Assembly (NCBI GenBank): GCA_903911225.1
Contig: CAIWCT010000110.1
Span: 1,016 to 65,015, forward strand
Origin: an uncultured delta proteobacterium
GTDB lineage: Bacteria > Desulfobacterota > WTBG01 > CAIYCZ01 > CAIRTM01
Length of the DNA: 64,000 nucleotides
Direction: 5' to 3'
A program made the translations under genes and the position numbers. A model generated the notes under the pieces. That model searched no databases. It saw only the letters and a list, made by a program, of their open reading frames with translations, and was not told where the DNA came from. The stretch's first letter is position 1. Each line of letters starts with the position of its first letter. Shown here one piece after another: positions 1 to 10,529 of this stretch.

Positions 1-578
<578 letters not shown>

Positions 579-656
579 TTTGGTTTACATAATATATATT
601 ATCAGACGCTTTGTTAGCATCTTTCATATTCTAGCTTCTTATCAAACTCTGCAATT

Positions 657-2558
657 TTACACGGCCATCAGTTTTGAACCTTGTTTATTCGGCAACGTAA
701 ACCAGAAACACGAACCTTTGCCCAACCCTTCAGACTCAACCCAAATCCTGCCGCCGTGCACCTCAACAATCCGCTTCACCAGCGCAAGGCCCAGGCCCGT
801 GCCTTCGATTTTAGGATTGAGTTTTTCAAACAGGCCAAACAGCTTGTCCTTATGCCTTGGATCGATGCCCAGGCCATTGTCGCGCACAAAGCACACTGCC
901 TCGCCGTTCTTTGTTTCAGCCCCTATTTCAATCATCGGCTCGCTCTGATCGCCCATAAACTTCACGGCATTGTCGATAAGATTTTGAAACACCTCCACCA
1001 GCCGGACCCTGTCGCCATAGAGCAGCTTCGGTTCTTTCGTAACCTGTACCCGTACGCTCCGCTGGGCAATACGGCCCGCAACCAAAGCTAAAGCCTCCAG
1101 CATGATGTCCTGCAGCGAAACTTCCACGGCTAAATTGGTTGTTCTCCCGATGCGCGACAAACCGAGCAGCTCTTCAAGCAGGTCATTCATCTTAATGGCT
1201 GCCGTATTAATAAAGCTAAAATCCTGCGCCACTCGTTCCGTATCGGCTTTTGCCATATCACTCTCAAGATAGCCAATAAAAGTTTTGATCGTTACCAGCG
1301 GGCTTTTCAGGTCATGGGAGACCGCGTAGTTAAAACGAATAAGCTCATCATTTTTTCTCTGCAGCAAATCCTCAGCCCGTATGCGCATCAGAGCCTCCCC
1401 GATATACGAGGAGATTTCTTCCAAGAGTTCAACCGTATTGAGTGTGAAACATCCTTTGCGCCGGTCGTTGAGTTGAATTAGACCAACAATACCATCACTG
1501 CTCCGAATGGGCACCAAGGCAACTGAGGCATAACCTTGCAGTATGCATTGGTTGCGCGGATGAAGCCGGGGATCCTGATCGGACGGAAGGTCAAGCAACG
1601 GGAAGGAACAGTTCGTCCAGAAGCTCCCCCCTCGCGTGAAAAACGGATGGGCCGGGTCGGTCTTGCCAGAAATGATCAGACCGCAGGTGCATTCAAGGCT
1701 GACTTTACCGTCTTTGTCCCGGCACAAACCCCCATCTGCGGCATGCGCGATCAGCGTGTTTTCTGTCTGCAGAAAATCTTTGGGAAAGCCTTGCTGGGCG
1801 CAATACGGGAAGTCATCCCCGGCTTGCAGGCGAATGCCTACGGCATCGAATGCGGTTCGCGCCTTCATAGCGGCAAGTACGCGCTGGATTAAATCATCCC
1901 GATTCTCCTTTTTGTTTAGTATCTGCAGGACTTCCCGGCCCAGCTCCCGATATGTTTCAGCCTGCTTGCGCTCGGGGTTGTCGCTCAATACGATGCGGAA
2001 CACGGACGCACCGTCGTTATCCTGCACGGCAGTTGACGCCAGATGCGCCCAGAATTGAGCGCCACCCTTTATTACCATTCGTAGTTCGTAGGCCTGCGGT
2101 GCGCCGGTTTTAAAGATTTTTTTGTGATATCGGTAAAAGATGTCCTGGTCCTCGGGAAAGATAAAGCGGGTTAAGGGTTGCTTAACCAGCGAACCCCGTT
2201 CCACGCCCAACAATGTTGCAGCCATTAAATTAGCTTCCAGTATAACCCCATTCCCATTGAGGGTGAAATATCCTACCGGGGCTAGATCGTACAAGTCGAA
2301 ATAACGCGCCCGTTCGGCGTCCAGCTCCTCGTGCGTCCGGCGCAAATCCTTGTTCTGCATCTCAAGCTCTATCTGATGCACCTCCAATTCATGGATAAGC
2401 TGTTTTGTTTCATCCATACTGCCCCCCCCCCCCCCATCCTCATCAGCATGGCGCCTCAGCAGGGTCTTTAGGGCCTTTTGTCGCAGTGTTTTGCCAGCAT
2501 CGTCAGCGTTAGAGGCGATAGCGACAGATGATGAAGAATTATTTTTCTTTTTAGTCAT
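657..2558 (-). CDS. Cytoplasmic sensor histidine kinase with PAS, GAF-like, HisKA and HATPase domains
   Basis: 633 aa. A coiled-coil region is followed by a PAS-like segment and a GAF-like middle. The HisKA H-box is VSHDLKSPLVTI and the C-terminal ATPase carries N, G1 (DNGLGID) and G2 (GTGLGL) boxes. Codons near the N-terminus contain a 14-nt G homopolymer (GGGGG). Confidence 0.8.
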   Translation of the reverse strand: MTKKKNNSSSSVAIASNADDAGKTLRQKALKTLLRRHADEDGGGGGSMDETKQLIHELEVHQIELEMQNKDLRRTHEELDAERARYFDLYDLAPVGYFTLNGNGVILEANLMAATLLGVERGSLVKQPLTRFIFPEDQDIFYRYHKKIFKTGAPQAYELRMVIKGGAQFWAHLASTAVQDNDGASVFRIVLSDNPERKQAETYRELGREVLQILNKKENRDDLIQRVLAAMKARTAFDAVGIRLQAGDDFPYCAQQGFPKDFLQTENTLIAHAADGGLCRDKDGKVSLECTCGLIISGKTDPAHPFFTRGGSFWTNCSFPLLDLPSDQDPRLHPRNQCILQGYASVALVPIRSSDGIVGLIQLNDRRKGCFTLNTVELLEEISSYIGEALMRIRAEDLLQRKNDELIRFNYAVSHDLKSPLVTIKTFIGYLESDMAKADTERVAQDFSFINTAAIKMNDLLEELLGLSRIGRTTNLAVEVSLQDIMLEALALVAGRIAQRSVRVQVTKEPKLLYGDRVRLVEVFQNLIDNAVKFMGDQSEPMIEIGAETKNGEAVCFVRDNGLGIDPRHKDKLFGLFEKLNPKIEGTGLGLALVKRIVEVHGGRIWVESEGLGKGSCFWFTLPNKQGSKLMAV

Positions 2559-2919
2559 AGCATTTGTGCCTGTGTTATTTCCCGGTGATTTTAAACAAAG
2601 GTTGAAGGCGTCGCAAAAAGTTGAAAGCTTTTTTTACTATAGTCGGCGTATCTATTCTGTCATCTTTACCGCAGTGAGATATCCTAACACCTTGATTATA
2701 CCACAGACTAAGATCTCTCCCTCCGGTTCAGATGACAATGTGGCTACAAAAGCACCGGGCACTTTTTTTTCTGGGGTGACTGCTTTATACGAAGCCATCA
2801 AAGTTTAATATTAAGGATTCAATGCAATAATTTTATCCATACTAAATAAATTATAGCATATTTAATATATAGGAAACTAAAAAGTTGAAGTTTATGAAGT
2901 TTGTATGAAGGGCCTAAAT

Positions 2920-3972
2920 TTATGAACTGTATGGATTGTCACCTGCAAGGGAATGACAACTGTGCACCCCTGCCCTTCCGTGGACCATCTGCACGGCTGT
3001 TTTTATGGCGCTGATCAGACTTGCCGGACTGGCAATGCCCCTGCCGGCAATATCATAGGCTGTGCCGTGGTCAACAGAAGTGCGAATAATGGGAAGGCCG
3101 AGTGTGACATTAACCCCTGTATCAAAATGCAGCAGTTTGAGAGGAATGAGACCCTGATCGTGGTACATACAAACCACTACGTCATACTTTCCTTGTGCGG
3201 CATAATAAAAAAGCGTGTCAGCAGGCATTGGGCCGGTTGCATCGATGCCGAGGCGGCATGCCTCAGCCACCGCAGGGCCAATTAAATTTTTTTCCTCTTC
3301 ACCGAACAGACCGCCCTCTCCCGCATGGGGATTGAGAGCCGCTACCGCTATGCGCGGTTTTTTGCCAGCAAGAACATTCTTGAGGCTTTCATGGGTGATG
3401 ATTATAGTTTTTAATATTTTTTCGGTTGTGAGAAATTTTGGCACATCGGTGTAGGCGCAGTGAATAGTGGCCAGAACCACCCGGAGCGTTTCGCCAGCAA
3501 GCATCATTACGACATCTTTTGCGCCAGTGAGAGCGGCAAGCATTTCAGTATGTCCCGGATAGTTGTAACCTGCATCATGCAGCACCGTCTTACTAATCGG
3601 TCCGGTGACGATGGCATCTATTTTTCCGGCATTTGCCATCTCAACAGCACTGATGATATAGGCGGCCATGGCCTTACCGCTTTCTGTCGTGGGACTTCCG
3701 TAACGCACACAGGAAGGATTAAGGCGGGATACTTCAAGAATGGCTAGTATGCCGGGGCAGACAGAGAAAGTCTCAGTCGAGGTAACAGTCTCAAACGTAC
3801 TGGAAATGACAAGACGGTCAGCTTCCCGTTCCAAAGCACCTCTATCGCCAAAAATGATGGGCTGGCATATTGAAGTGACAGAGTTATCCTGCATGGCCTT
3901 GACGATAATTTCCGGCCCGATACCTGCAGGATCGCCCATGGTTATGCCGATTACAGGTCGTTTGTTAGTCAT
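2920..3972 (-). CDS. pdxA: 4-hydroxythreonine-4-phosphate dehydrogenase
   Basis: The N-terminal PdxA signature is VIGITMGDPAGIGPEI. The internal Met at 3972 ([11 protein letters not shown]...) was chosen as the start; it overlaps the hisE stop by 8 nt. Confidence 0.85.
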   Translation of the reverse strand: MTNKRPVIGITMGDPAGIGPEIIVKAMQDNSVTSICQPIIFGDRGALEREADRLVISSTFETVTSTETFSVCPGILAILEVSRLNPSCVRYGSPTTESGKAMAAYIISAVEMANAGKIDAIVTGPISKTVLHDAGYNYPGHTEMLAALTGAKDVVMMLAGETLRVVLATIHCAYTDVPKFLTTEKILKTIIITHESLKNVLAGKKPRIAVAALNPHAGEGGLFGEEEKNLIGPAVAEACRLGIDATGPMPADTLFYYAAQGKYDVVVCMYHDQGLIPLKLLHFDTGVNVTLGLPIIRTSVDHGTAYDIAGRGIASPASLISAIKTAVQMVHGRAGVHSCHSLAGDNPYSS

Positions 3973-4321
3973 GGGCCTTCTTTGTTGTGCGTTGCTGTTT
4001 CTCGACAATTCCTGAGACCCCAAAGCGGCGCATAAGCTCGCTGTAGATTTCATCTGGGGCTATGTCCCACTGCCCCAAAAGCACCATCGTATGAAAAATA
4101 AGGTCGGCTGTCTCGTGGATAATGCCTTCACGATAGGCCTGCTGAGATGCCTCAATCAGCTCCCCGGATTCTTCGGCGATCTTGGCATGAATCTTCTCAG
4201 TACCTTTTTTGAAGAGCGATGCAACATAGGAGTCAGGGCTAAGACTTGCTTTGCGCTCCAGTATGACGCTATAGAGCTTGTCCAGGATGCGGGCATCACT
4301 TTTTATAGACTGATTCTTCAT
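3965..4321 (-). CDS. hisE: Phosphoribosyl-ATP pyrophosphatase
   Basis: Carries the HisE/MazG-like motifs [31 protein letters not shown] and [13 protein letters not shown]. The start was set at the ATG at 4321, which is preceded by GGAG. Confidence 0.8.
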   Translation of the reverse strand: MKNQSIKSDARILDKLYSVILERKASLSPDSYVASLFKKGTEKIHAKIAEESGELIEASQQAYREGIIHETADLIFHTMVLLGQWDIAPDEIYSELMRRFGVSGIVEKQQRTTKKAHD

Positions 4322-4676
4322 CAAAGAGTTTCTCCCCGATTGCATCAAATGATGTGCCGTTCCATTTGCGGTAGAAACAGGATCGGTATCCGGTGTGGCA
4401 TGCGGCGACAATCTGTTCGACCTTCATAAGAATACAGTCTGCGTCGCAGTCTACAAACACTTCTTTAACCTGCTGGGTGTGGCCTGATGATTCGCCCTTC
4501 ATCCAGTATTTCTGTCGCGAGCGGCTCCAAAAATGCGTTTTGCCGGTTTCAAGAGTGCTTTTAAGGGATTCGCGATTCATGTAGGCAACCATAAGTAGCT
4601 CGCCGTTCTGAAAGTCCTGAACCACAACGGGCACCAGTCCGTTTGAGTCGTATTTAATTGTATCAAGTATTTCCAT
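4296..4676 (-). CDS. hisI: Phosphoribosyl-AMP cyclohydrolase
   Basis: 126 aa carrying the HisI motifs [33 protein letters not shown] and the [13 protein letters not shown] metal site. Confidence 0.85.
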   Translation of the reverse strand: MEILDTIKYDSNGLVPVVVQDFQNGELLMVAYMNRESLKSTLETGKTHFWSRSRQKYWMKGESSGHTQQVKEVFVDCDADCILMKVEQIVAACHTGYRSCFYRKWNGTSFDAIGEKLFDEESVYKK

Positions 4677-4756
4677 CGCCGTAAACCTCCTGATTAATTT
4701 TCAATTTATCCGCCTCAGCGGTGATTTATTTTGCAGTATCAGACACAGTAATGTGA

Positions 4757-5533
4757 TTAAACCAAACGGACGGGAACACCCTTTTCATGCAGATACTGTT
4801 TAACATCTCGGATAGAATGCGTTCGGTAATGAAAAATGGATGCAGCAAGCACTGCATCAGCCTCGCCAAGCACAATGCCGTCATACAGATGCTCCATGAT
4901 ACCAACACCGCCCGAAGCGATAACCGGTATGGTGATGGCTCTGGCAATTGCCTTCGTGAGAGGCAGATCAAAGCCTTCCTGTGTGCCATCGCGATCCATG
5001 CTGGTGAGAAGTATCTCTCCTGAGCCGAGGGCCTCCATCTTTTTTGCCCAGGCAACGGCATCAATGCCTGTAGGGGTTCTTCCCCCATGGATGAAAACCT
5101 CCCAAGGGCTTTGAGTATCACTGCCGGCACGCGTCCGCTTAGCATCCACGGCCACCACAATGCACTGGCTGCCGAACTTTTCTGCAGCAGCCTGCACAAA
5201 ATCGGGATTGTTAACCGCGGCGGTATTTATTGAAACTTTGTCAGCCCCGGAATTCAGAAGATTGCGAATATCATCAAGATCGCGAATGCCGCCACCCACA
5301 GTTACCGGCATAAAAACCTCGGCAGCCGTGCGCTCAACAACCTTCAGGATAATATTTCTGCGTTCATGGGATGCGGTGATATCAAGAAAAACCAGTTCAT
5401 CAGCGCCCTCGGCATCGTAAAACTTGGCATTGTCAACTGGATCGCCGGCATCCCGCAGATTTACGAAATTAACACCTTTTACTACGCGGCCGTCTTTTAC
5501 ATCCAGACAGGGGATAATTCGTTTTGCTAGCAT
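4757..5533 (-). CDS. hisF: Imidazole glycerol phosphate synthase, cyclase subunit
   Basis: [20 protein letters not shown], the HisF barrel signature. Confidence 0.9.
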   Translation of the reverse strand: MLAKRIIPCLDVKDGRVVKGVNFVNLRDAGDPVDNAKFYDAEGADELVFLDITASHERRNIILKVVERTAAEVFMPVTVGGGIRDLDDIRNLLNSGADKVSINTAAVNNPDFVQAAAEKFGSQCIVVAVDAKRTRAGSDTQSPWEVFIHGGRTPTGIDAVAWAKKMEALGSGEILLTSMDRDGTQEGFDLPLTKAIARAITIPVIASGGVGIMEHLYDGIVLGEADAVLAASIFHYRTHSIRDVKQYLHEKGVPVRLV

Positions 5534-5574
5534 GATTCCTTAATTGAAGAATTAAAAAATTATTTTTTAATTTA

Positions 5575-6303
5575 TTAATTCGTTTTTGTTACCGCAAGCG
5601 CTTCTTTCAGATTAATCCCGCCGGTATACAGGGCGCGTCCGATGATTACACCCATAATGCCTGAAGCTTTAACGGAAAGAAGCTTTTGCACATCCTCTAT
5701 ATGTGACATACCGCCGGAGGCAATAACAGGAATAGAAATTGAGGCGGCGAGCTTTGCCGTTTCATCTATATTAGGGCCTGTAAGCATGCCGTCGCGGCTA
5801 ATGTCGGTGTAAACGATTGCTGCAACAGCATCTGCGTCAAGCTGTCGGGCTAATTCTACAGCGCTCAGCTGTGTGCTTTCTGTCCAGCCCTGGAGGGCCA
5901 CCATGCCGTTAAGAGCATCAATGCCGATAATGATTCTGCCTGGGTATTGTTTGCAGCAAGACTGGCGAAATGCAGGATCGCGCACTGCTGCAGTGCCCAG
6001 TATGGCGTACTGCACGCCTACGCTGAGATATTCGTCAACAGCGGCCAGGTCGCGAATACCGCCGCCCAGCTCAACCTCCATGGAAACAGAGGCGCAGATG
6101 CGTTTTACCAGTTCTTTGTTGCGAGGTATTCCGGACACAGCGCCGTCAAGATCAACAATGTGCAGCCTTTGGGCACCCATTGACTCCCAACGCAGGGCAA
6201 CTTCAACCGGGTCGCTTGAATAAATTGTGGCATCTTCCATGCGACCCTGCGACAGGCGAACACATTGGCCGTTTTTTAAATCAATTGCAGGAATAATGAT
6301 CAT
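5575..6303 (-). CDS. hisA: ProFAR isomerase
   Basis: MIIIPAIDLKNGQCVRL...HIVDLDGA. Confidence 0.9.
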   Translation of the reverse strand: MIIIPAIDLKNGQCVRLSQGRMEDATIYSSDPVEVALRWESMGAQRLHIVDLDGAVSGIPRNKELVKRICASVSMEVELGGGIRDLAAVDEYLSVGVQYAILGTAAVRDPAFRQSCCKQYPGRIIIGIDALNGMVALQGWTESTQLSAVELARQLDADAVAAIVYTDISRDGMLTGPNIDETAKLAASISIPVIASGGMSHIEDVQKLLSVKASGIMGVIIGRALYTGGINLKEALAVTKTN

Positions 6304-6329
6304 TTAAAACCTTTCTCAGCATAAAGGCG

Positions 6330-6968
6330 CTAAGCCTGAGCAGCAAATGCAGTAAAATTTTTCAGCAGTTGCAGGCCAACAGCCTGACTCTTCTCGGGAT
6401 GAAACTGGCAGGCAAAAACATTATCTTTGCAGATGCTTGAAACAAATTCAATGCCATAGTCTGTAGTGGTAGCAATAACAGCCGGGCCATCAGGGGCCAC
6501 ATAATATGAATGTACAAAATAGAAGTAAGCTCCTTCTGCAATGCCATTAAATAGCGGTGTGCATTTCTGTTGCCTTAGGCTGTTCCAGCCCATGTGAGGA
6601 ATCTTCAAAAGCACGCCGCCTGCATCGCGCTGCTCAGCAGGGAAGCGCACTACTCTGCCGCTGATCACGCCAAGGCCGGGGCAGGAGCCAAACTCTTCAC
6701 TCTCGGAAAATAAAATCTGCAGACCGAGGCAAATACCGAAAAATGGCTTGCCCGACTCTATGGATTTCACAATTGAGGATATAAGACCAAGGCGGTCGAG
6801 GTTTTCAAAACATTTCCTGAAAGCTCCGACTCCAGGCAGCACTAGCACACCGGCATTATCAACCTCATGAGCCGTTGTAACAATAGTAGACTGGCAGCCT
6901 GTTTGTTCAAATGCCTTTTGAACGCTGCGAAGGTTGCCCATGCCATAGTCGATTATAGACACACGCAT
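6330..6968 (-). CDS. hisH: Imidazole glycerol phosphate synthase, glutamine amidotransferase subunit
   Basis: MRVSIIDYGMGNLRSV...GICLGLQ...HPEKS, a class I GATase triad. Confidence 0.9.
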   Translation of the reverse strand: MRVSIIDYGMGNLRSVQKAFEQTGCQSTIVTTAHEVDNAGVLVLPGVGAFRKCFENLDRLGLISSIVKSIESGKPFFGICLGLQILFSESEEFGSCPGLGVISGRVVRFPAEQRDAGGVLLKIPHMGWNSLRQQKCTPLFNGIAEGAYFYFVHSYYVAPDGPAVIATTTDYGIEFVSSICKDNVFACQFHPEKSQAVGLQLLKNFTAFAAQA

Positions 6969-6971
6969 TAA

Positions 6972-7559
6972 CTACAGAACTCCCTTGGTCGAAGGCACAC
7001 CGCATATACGCTCGTCAAGCTGTGTGGCCCGATCAAGGGCCCTTCCCAGAGCCTTGAAAATCGCTTCTATAATGTGGTGGCTGTTCTTGCCGTAGGAAAC
7101 GTTGACGTGCAGCGTTGCCTTGCAGTTATTGACAAGGGCCTGAAGAAATTCTTCAACCAGCTCGCTGTCAAACTCTCCAATTTTGCCTTTAAGGCTGGGG
7201 GCATTATAAACAAGGCATGGCCGTCCGCTGAGGTCAAGGGCAACGCTTGCCAGAGACTCATCCATGGGCACAGTCGCCTGGCCATAGCGGCGTATACCGG
7301 ACTTGTCAGCCAAAGCTTTAACAATAGCCTGCCCAAGGCAGATGCCGATGTCCTCAACAGTATGATGAAAATCAATGGCAGTATCACCCTTTGCCTGCAC
7401 AGTGAGATTGAAAAGCCCGTGTCTGGCAAAAAGTTCCAGCATATGGTTGATAAAGCCGACTGGCGTCTGCACGCTATAGGCACCGGTTCCGTCAATCTCT
7501 AACTCAACCTTTATATCTGTTTCAGAGGTTTTTCGTTCAATCTGTGCTGAACGTGCCAT
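6972..7559 (-). CDS. hisB: Imidazoleglycerol-phosphate dehydratase
   Basis: Carries the dehydratase motifs [25 protein letters not shown] and HHIIEA. The start was chosen at the internal Met at 7559. Confidence 0.85.
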   Translation of the reverse strand: MARSAQIERKTSETDIKVELEIDGTGAYSVQTPVGFINHMLELFARHGLFNLTVQAKGDTAIDFHHTVEDIGICLGQAIVKALADKSGIRRYGQATVPMDESLASVALDLSGRPCLVYNAPSLKGKIGEFDSELVEEFLQALVNNCKATLHVNVSYGKNSHHIIEAIFKALGRALDRATQLDERICGVPSTKGVL

Positions 7560-7706
7560 TTGATCTCCTGTATCTGTGATGTGTTTGTTGTAGCATACCA
7601 CGTAATAGGTTGATTTTTCAAGACGGATCAGCAATGGCTCCATCCGCAGTTAAAAAAAAATAAGTTTTTTTTCTGACTCTTTTATGAGCTGCGCAGGGCC
7701 ATAACA

Positions 7707-8027
7707 TTACGGAGCCGCCGATTCGCCATTGATGCTAAACAAGGAGAAAAAACGAAAAAACTGGGCAACCTTAATAAACCTGTTTCCAGCATTGATGACT
7801 TCAAAGGTTTTTGCTTCAGCAACAGCCTGGCGGTAGATGCCGATAATGAGATTTACACCCAGGGAGTCAACTATTTCAACACCAGTGGCATCCAGTATAA
7901 CACCTGTCACGTCGGGATGCTTTTTCATCTGCGCGAGCACAGCATCGCGAAGCACCTCAATCTGGCTTGCCACCATGTCAGACTGAGGCTGCAAAATAAG
8001 TCGTTTATCCTGTAGAATTGCGTTCAT
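7707..8027 (-). CDS. STAS-domain anti-sigma-factor antagonist (RsbV/SpoIIAA-like)
   Basis: About 100 aa with a STAS-like pattern (VTGVILDATGVEIVDSLGVNLIIGI). It sits immediately downstream of the PP2C/anti-sigma-kinase fusion gene. Confidence 0.7.
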   Translation of the reverse strand: MNAILQDKRLILQPQSDMVASQIEVLRDAVLAQMKKHPDVTGVILDATGVEIVDSLGVNLIIGIYRQAVAEAKTFEVINAGNRFIKVAQFFRFFSLFSINGESAAP

Positions 8028-8090
8028 ATTTATCCCTTCATATAAGTTATTCTATACATTTGGTTAAAAACAGCTCTCTAACCGGTGTTT

Positions 8091-10025
8091 TTAATGTTTA
8101 TTAAACACCATGGTAACTGTACCTCCTTCAACTGTCATGATGTCGGCTACTGCAAACATTGCAGGTAACCCGCGCTTGCCAAGCTGGTTTTCCGAAGTCG
8201 CTGCTGCGAGTGCATGATCCAGATCAAAACCAGGGCCTTCATCAGAAACCTCAATCACAACACTTTGCGGTGTTATGAAAACCATAACATCGACAAATGC
8301 ATTTGGATTATGACGATTGCCGTGTTCAACAGCATTGAGCATGGCTTCTCGAAACACAAGCAGTATGAAGTCGATATCCTTGCCTGTTGGAACCCTATCA
8401 TGAGTTAGAATATTTGCAGCCCACGAACATGCACGGTCAACGCCGTCATAGTCGGATGCAAAAGAATTGAATAGTTCAGAAGGCTCTGACGGCTGCGGTA
8501 TGTAATAAGAAAGAAGCACCATGTCATCCTGCTGGTCGGAATCAACATGTTTCAAAATTCGACGACAAAGGCCTTTGGCACACCCGGCATGGAGTATGGA
8601 CGGATCGGATGCAATAGCTGCCTGAATTGTCTGTTTATCAACACCATCGGAAGACAAAAATATATAGCTTTCCGCAGGGCAGACGACTGTACTGACACCA
8701 ATAAGATCATGGTCTGGCAGTAACCCAAGGCACATACCCCCGCCTTCAAGTTCATGAAAGGAAAAAAGCCCGTCTGCCGTACGTTCGAACAGCAAAGCTC
8801 CGGGATTGCCTGCCGTAGCGATATGCATGGTGCGGCGGGGGGCATCCCAGAGCATGGCGGAAACGCAAACGTGTGATTTTGAGTACCCAAGCTTGTTGAA
8901 TTCAGAATTAATCACACGCAGAAGACTTTCAGGTTGCTGATATGCATCCCAGCACGATGTAAGAATTCCAAGAAAAACGGCGCTCATATAGAGGCTTGGC
9001 AGGTCATGCCCGGCTATATCAGCCAGCACAAAACCACAACGACCGGCATGGTTGAATTTGCGGCAGCGTACGATATCACCTCCGGCATCACGCAGATTTC
9101 TGAAGTCAAGGTCGCATGACAGGCAGGGCTGCTCACACCCGAAAGCAATTAACTGTGCCTGAGCTAACTGCATCTGACCAGTAAGTCCGGCACCTGACAT
9201 GACACTTTGCTGCTGCCTGCGGTACAATGCCGACTCTATCATGCCCACGGCAGGGCCATCAAGAATCGATGCAGGGAAAATACCGTCAGCGCCCTGCAGC
9301 ATGGCAAGCTGGTACATATCAGGATCATATTTTTCCGTATAAATAAAAACTAGAACATCAGGATACTGCCGTCGAACCATGGCAAGCAGGCCCAGGGCAT
9401 CGATGCCGCTTGTGTATAGAGCGCTGATAATAATATCTACAGAGGCAGAATCTTGATACAGCATATCAAGCGCTTCGCTGCAGGTTGCAACGTGCCGCAG
9501 GGTAAAGCCAAAATGCCGCATGGTGGGGATGTATACAGCAGCACGCTTCGGATCTTCCTCTACAAAAAGCATGCGGAACCGGGAAAAATCAAACGACGGC
9601 CTTGCAACCGTCTTGACAGCCCCCGATGCTAAAACGTCGCAGTTCGGCTGACGTGTGAGGTAATCATCTATGATGTCTCGGATAGTTTCCAGATCGATGG
9701 GCTTGGATACAAAAGCGTTGCAGCCAACATCAATGGCACGATCCTTATCCTGCTTCATACTTAAGGCCGAAAGGGCAACAATGGGCGTGGTAATTTCCAT
9801 TGCACGAATCCGCCTGACGGTTTCAAAACCATCCATGCCCGGCATGAGCAAATCCATAAAAATAAGTGAAAAGAACTGTTCTTTAACTTTTCCAAGAGCT
9901 TCTCTGCCGTTCTCAGCCTGCTCGTACCGGCAGCCAGAGCTCTCTACAGCGGCAATAATCAGTTCGCGATTTAATGGGTTATCGTCAACAACAAGAATTG
10001 TTTTCTTGCCGGAATGACTTACCAT
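8091..10025 (-). CDS. Fusion protein: two REC domains, a PP2C/SpoIIE-type serine phosphatase and a C-terminal RsbW-like GHKL anti-sigma kinase
   Basis: REC1 is ILVVDDNPLNRE...IFMDLLMPGMDG...VSKP. A second, degenerate REC follows. The SpoIIE/PP2C core is GGDIVRCRK...GFVLADIAGHDLPSLYMSAV...DDMVLLSYY. The C-terminal HATPase_c_2-like region is FREAMLNAVEHGN...VSDEGPGFD. Confidence 0.75.
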   Translation of the reverse strand: MVSHSGKKTILVVDDNPLNRELIIAAVESSGCRYEQAENGREALGKVKEQFFSLIFMDLLMPGMDGFETVRRIRAMEITTPIVALSALSMKQDKDRAIDVGCNAFVSKPIDLETIRDIIDDYLTRQPNCDVLASGAVKTVARPSFDFSRFRMLFVEEDPKRAAVYIPTMRHFGFTLRHVATCSEALDMLYQDSASVDIIISALYTSGIDALGLLAMVRRQYPDVLVFIYTEKYDPDMYQLAMLQGADGIFPASILDGPAVGMIESALYRRQQQSVMSGAGLTGQMQLAQAQLIAFGCEQPCLSCDLDFRNLRDAGGDIVRCRKFNHAGRCGFVLADIAGHDLPSLYMSAVFLGILTSCWDAYQQPESLLRVINSEFNKLGYSKSHVCVSAMLWDAPRRTMHIATAGNPGALLFERTADGLFSFHELEGGGMCLGLLPDHDLIGVSTVVCPAESYIFLSSDGVDKQTIQAAIASDPSILHAGCAKGLCRRILKHVDSDQQDDMVLLSYYIPQPSEPSELFNSFASDYDGVDRACSWAANILTHDRVPTGKDIDFILLVFREAMLNAVEHGNRHNPNAFVDVMVFITPQSVVIEVSDEGPGFDLDHALAAATSENQLGKRGLPAMFAVADIMTVEGGTVTMVFNKH

Positions 10026-10138
10026 ATCATTACCTGCTGTGGTATGTAGGTTGACAGAATAAGGCGCAAAAATTTCACTCGCAGCATTAATTAATATTTA
10101 ATTTATGCAAGTATAACACAGTAGCAAATATGGCGCTT

Positions 10139-10423
10139 TTACCCTCCATCAAAGGGAATCATAATGGCTACCGTATCACCGTCTTTGAGCGGAGACTGAA
10201 GATCAAAGGTTGAACGCAATGCAGTACCGTTTACAAGTATAAGAAACGGCACAATCTCGCCGCTAAGCTGATCTCGTATCTGACGGGTAAATGCCGATCC
10301 GAAACGACATGTAAGCCGGGCAAGTAGTACGGCAAGACTCGACAGCGGCGGCAAATCAATTTCAAGCTCGCGGGAGCCCAGCACATCTCTGATATTTGCA
10401 AACGACTGCACAAGTATTTTCAT
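10139..10423 (-). CDS. MoaD/ThiS-family ubiquitin-like sulfur-carrier protein
   Basis: 94 aa ending in the diglycine ...DGDTVAIMIPFDGG. Its size and C-terminal GG are typical of MoaD/ThiS. Confidence 0.55.
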   Translation of the reverse strand: MKILVQSFANIRDVLGSRELEIDLPPLSSLAVLLARLTCRFGSAFTRQIRDQLSGEIVPFLILVNGTALRSTFDLQSPLKDGDTVAIMIPFDGG

Positions 10424-10529
10424 TGCATATCGCTGTCTCTATTCATTAGTTCTGGCTGCTAGCCCTGTAATCAAAAAAATATGCCTCGTCCAGCCTGAGT
10501 ATTTAAAAGCTGCAATTCATGCACGTGGG

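Noticed and set aside
7652-7672. A9-TAAG-T8 palindrome between hisB and the STAS gene
   Set aside because: Only A-U pairing is possible, so it is too weak to call a terminator or a protein-binding site on sequence alone.
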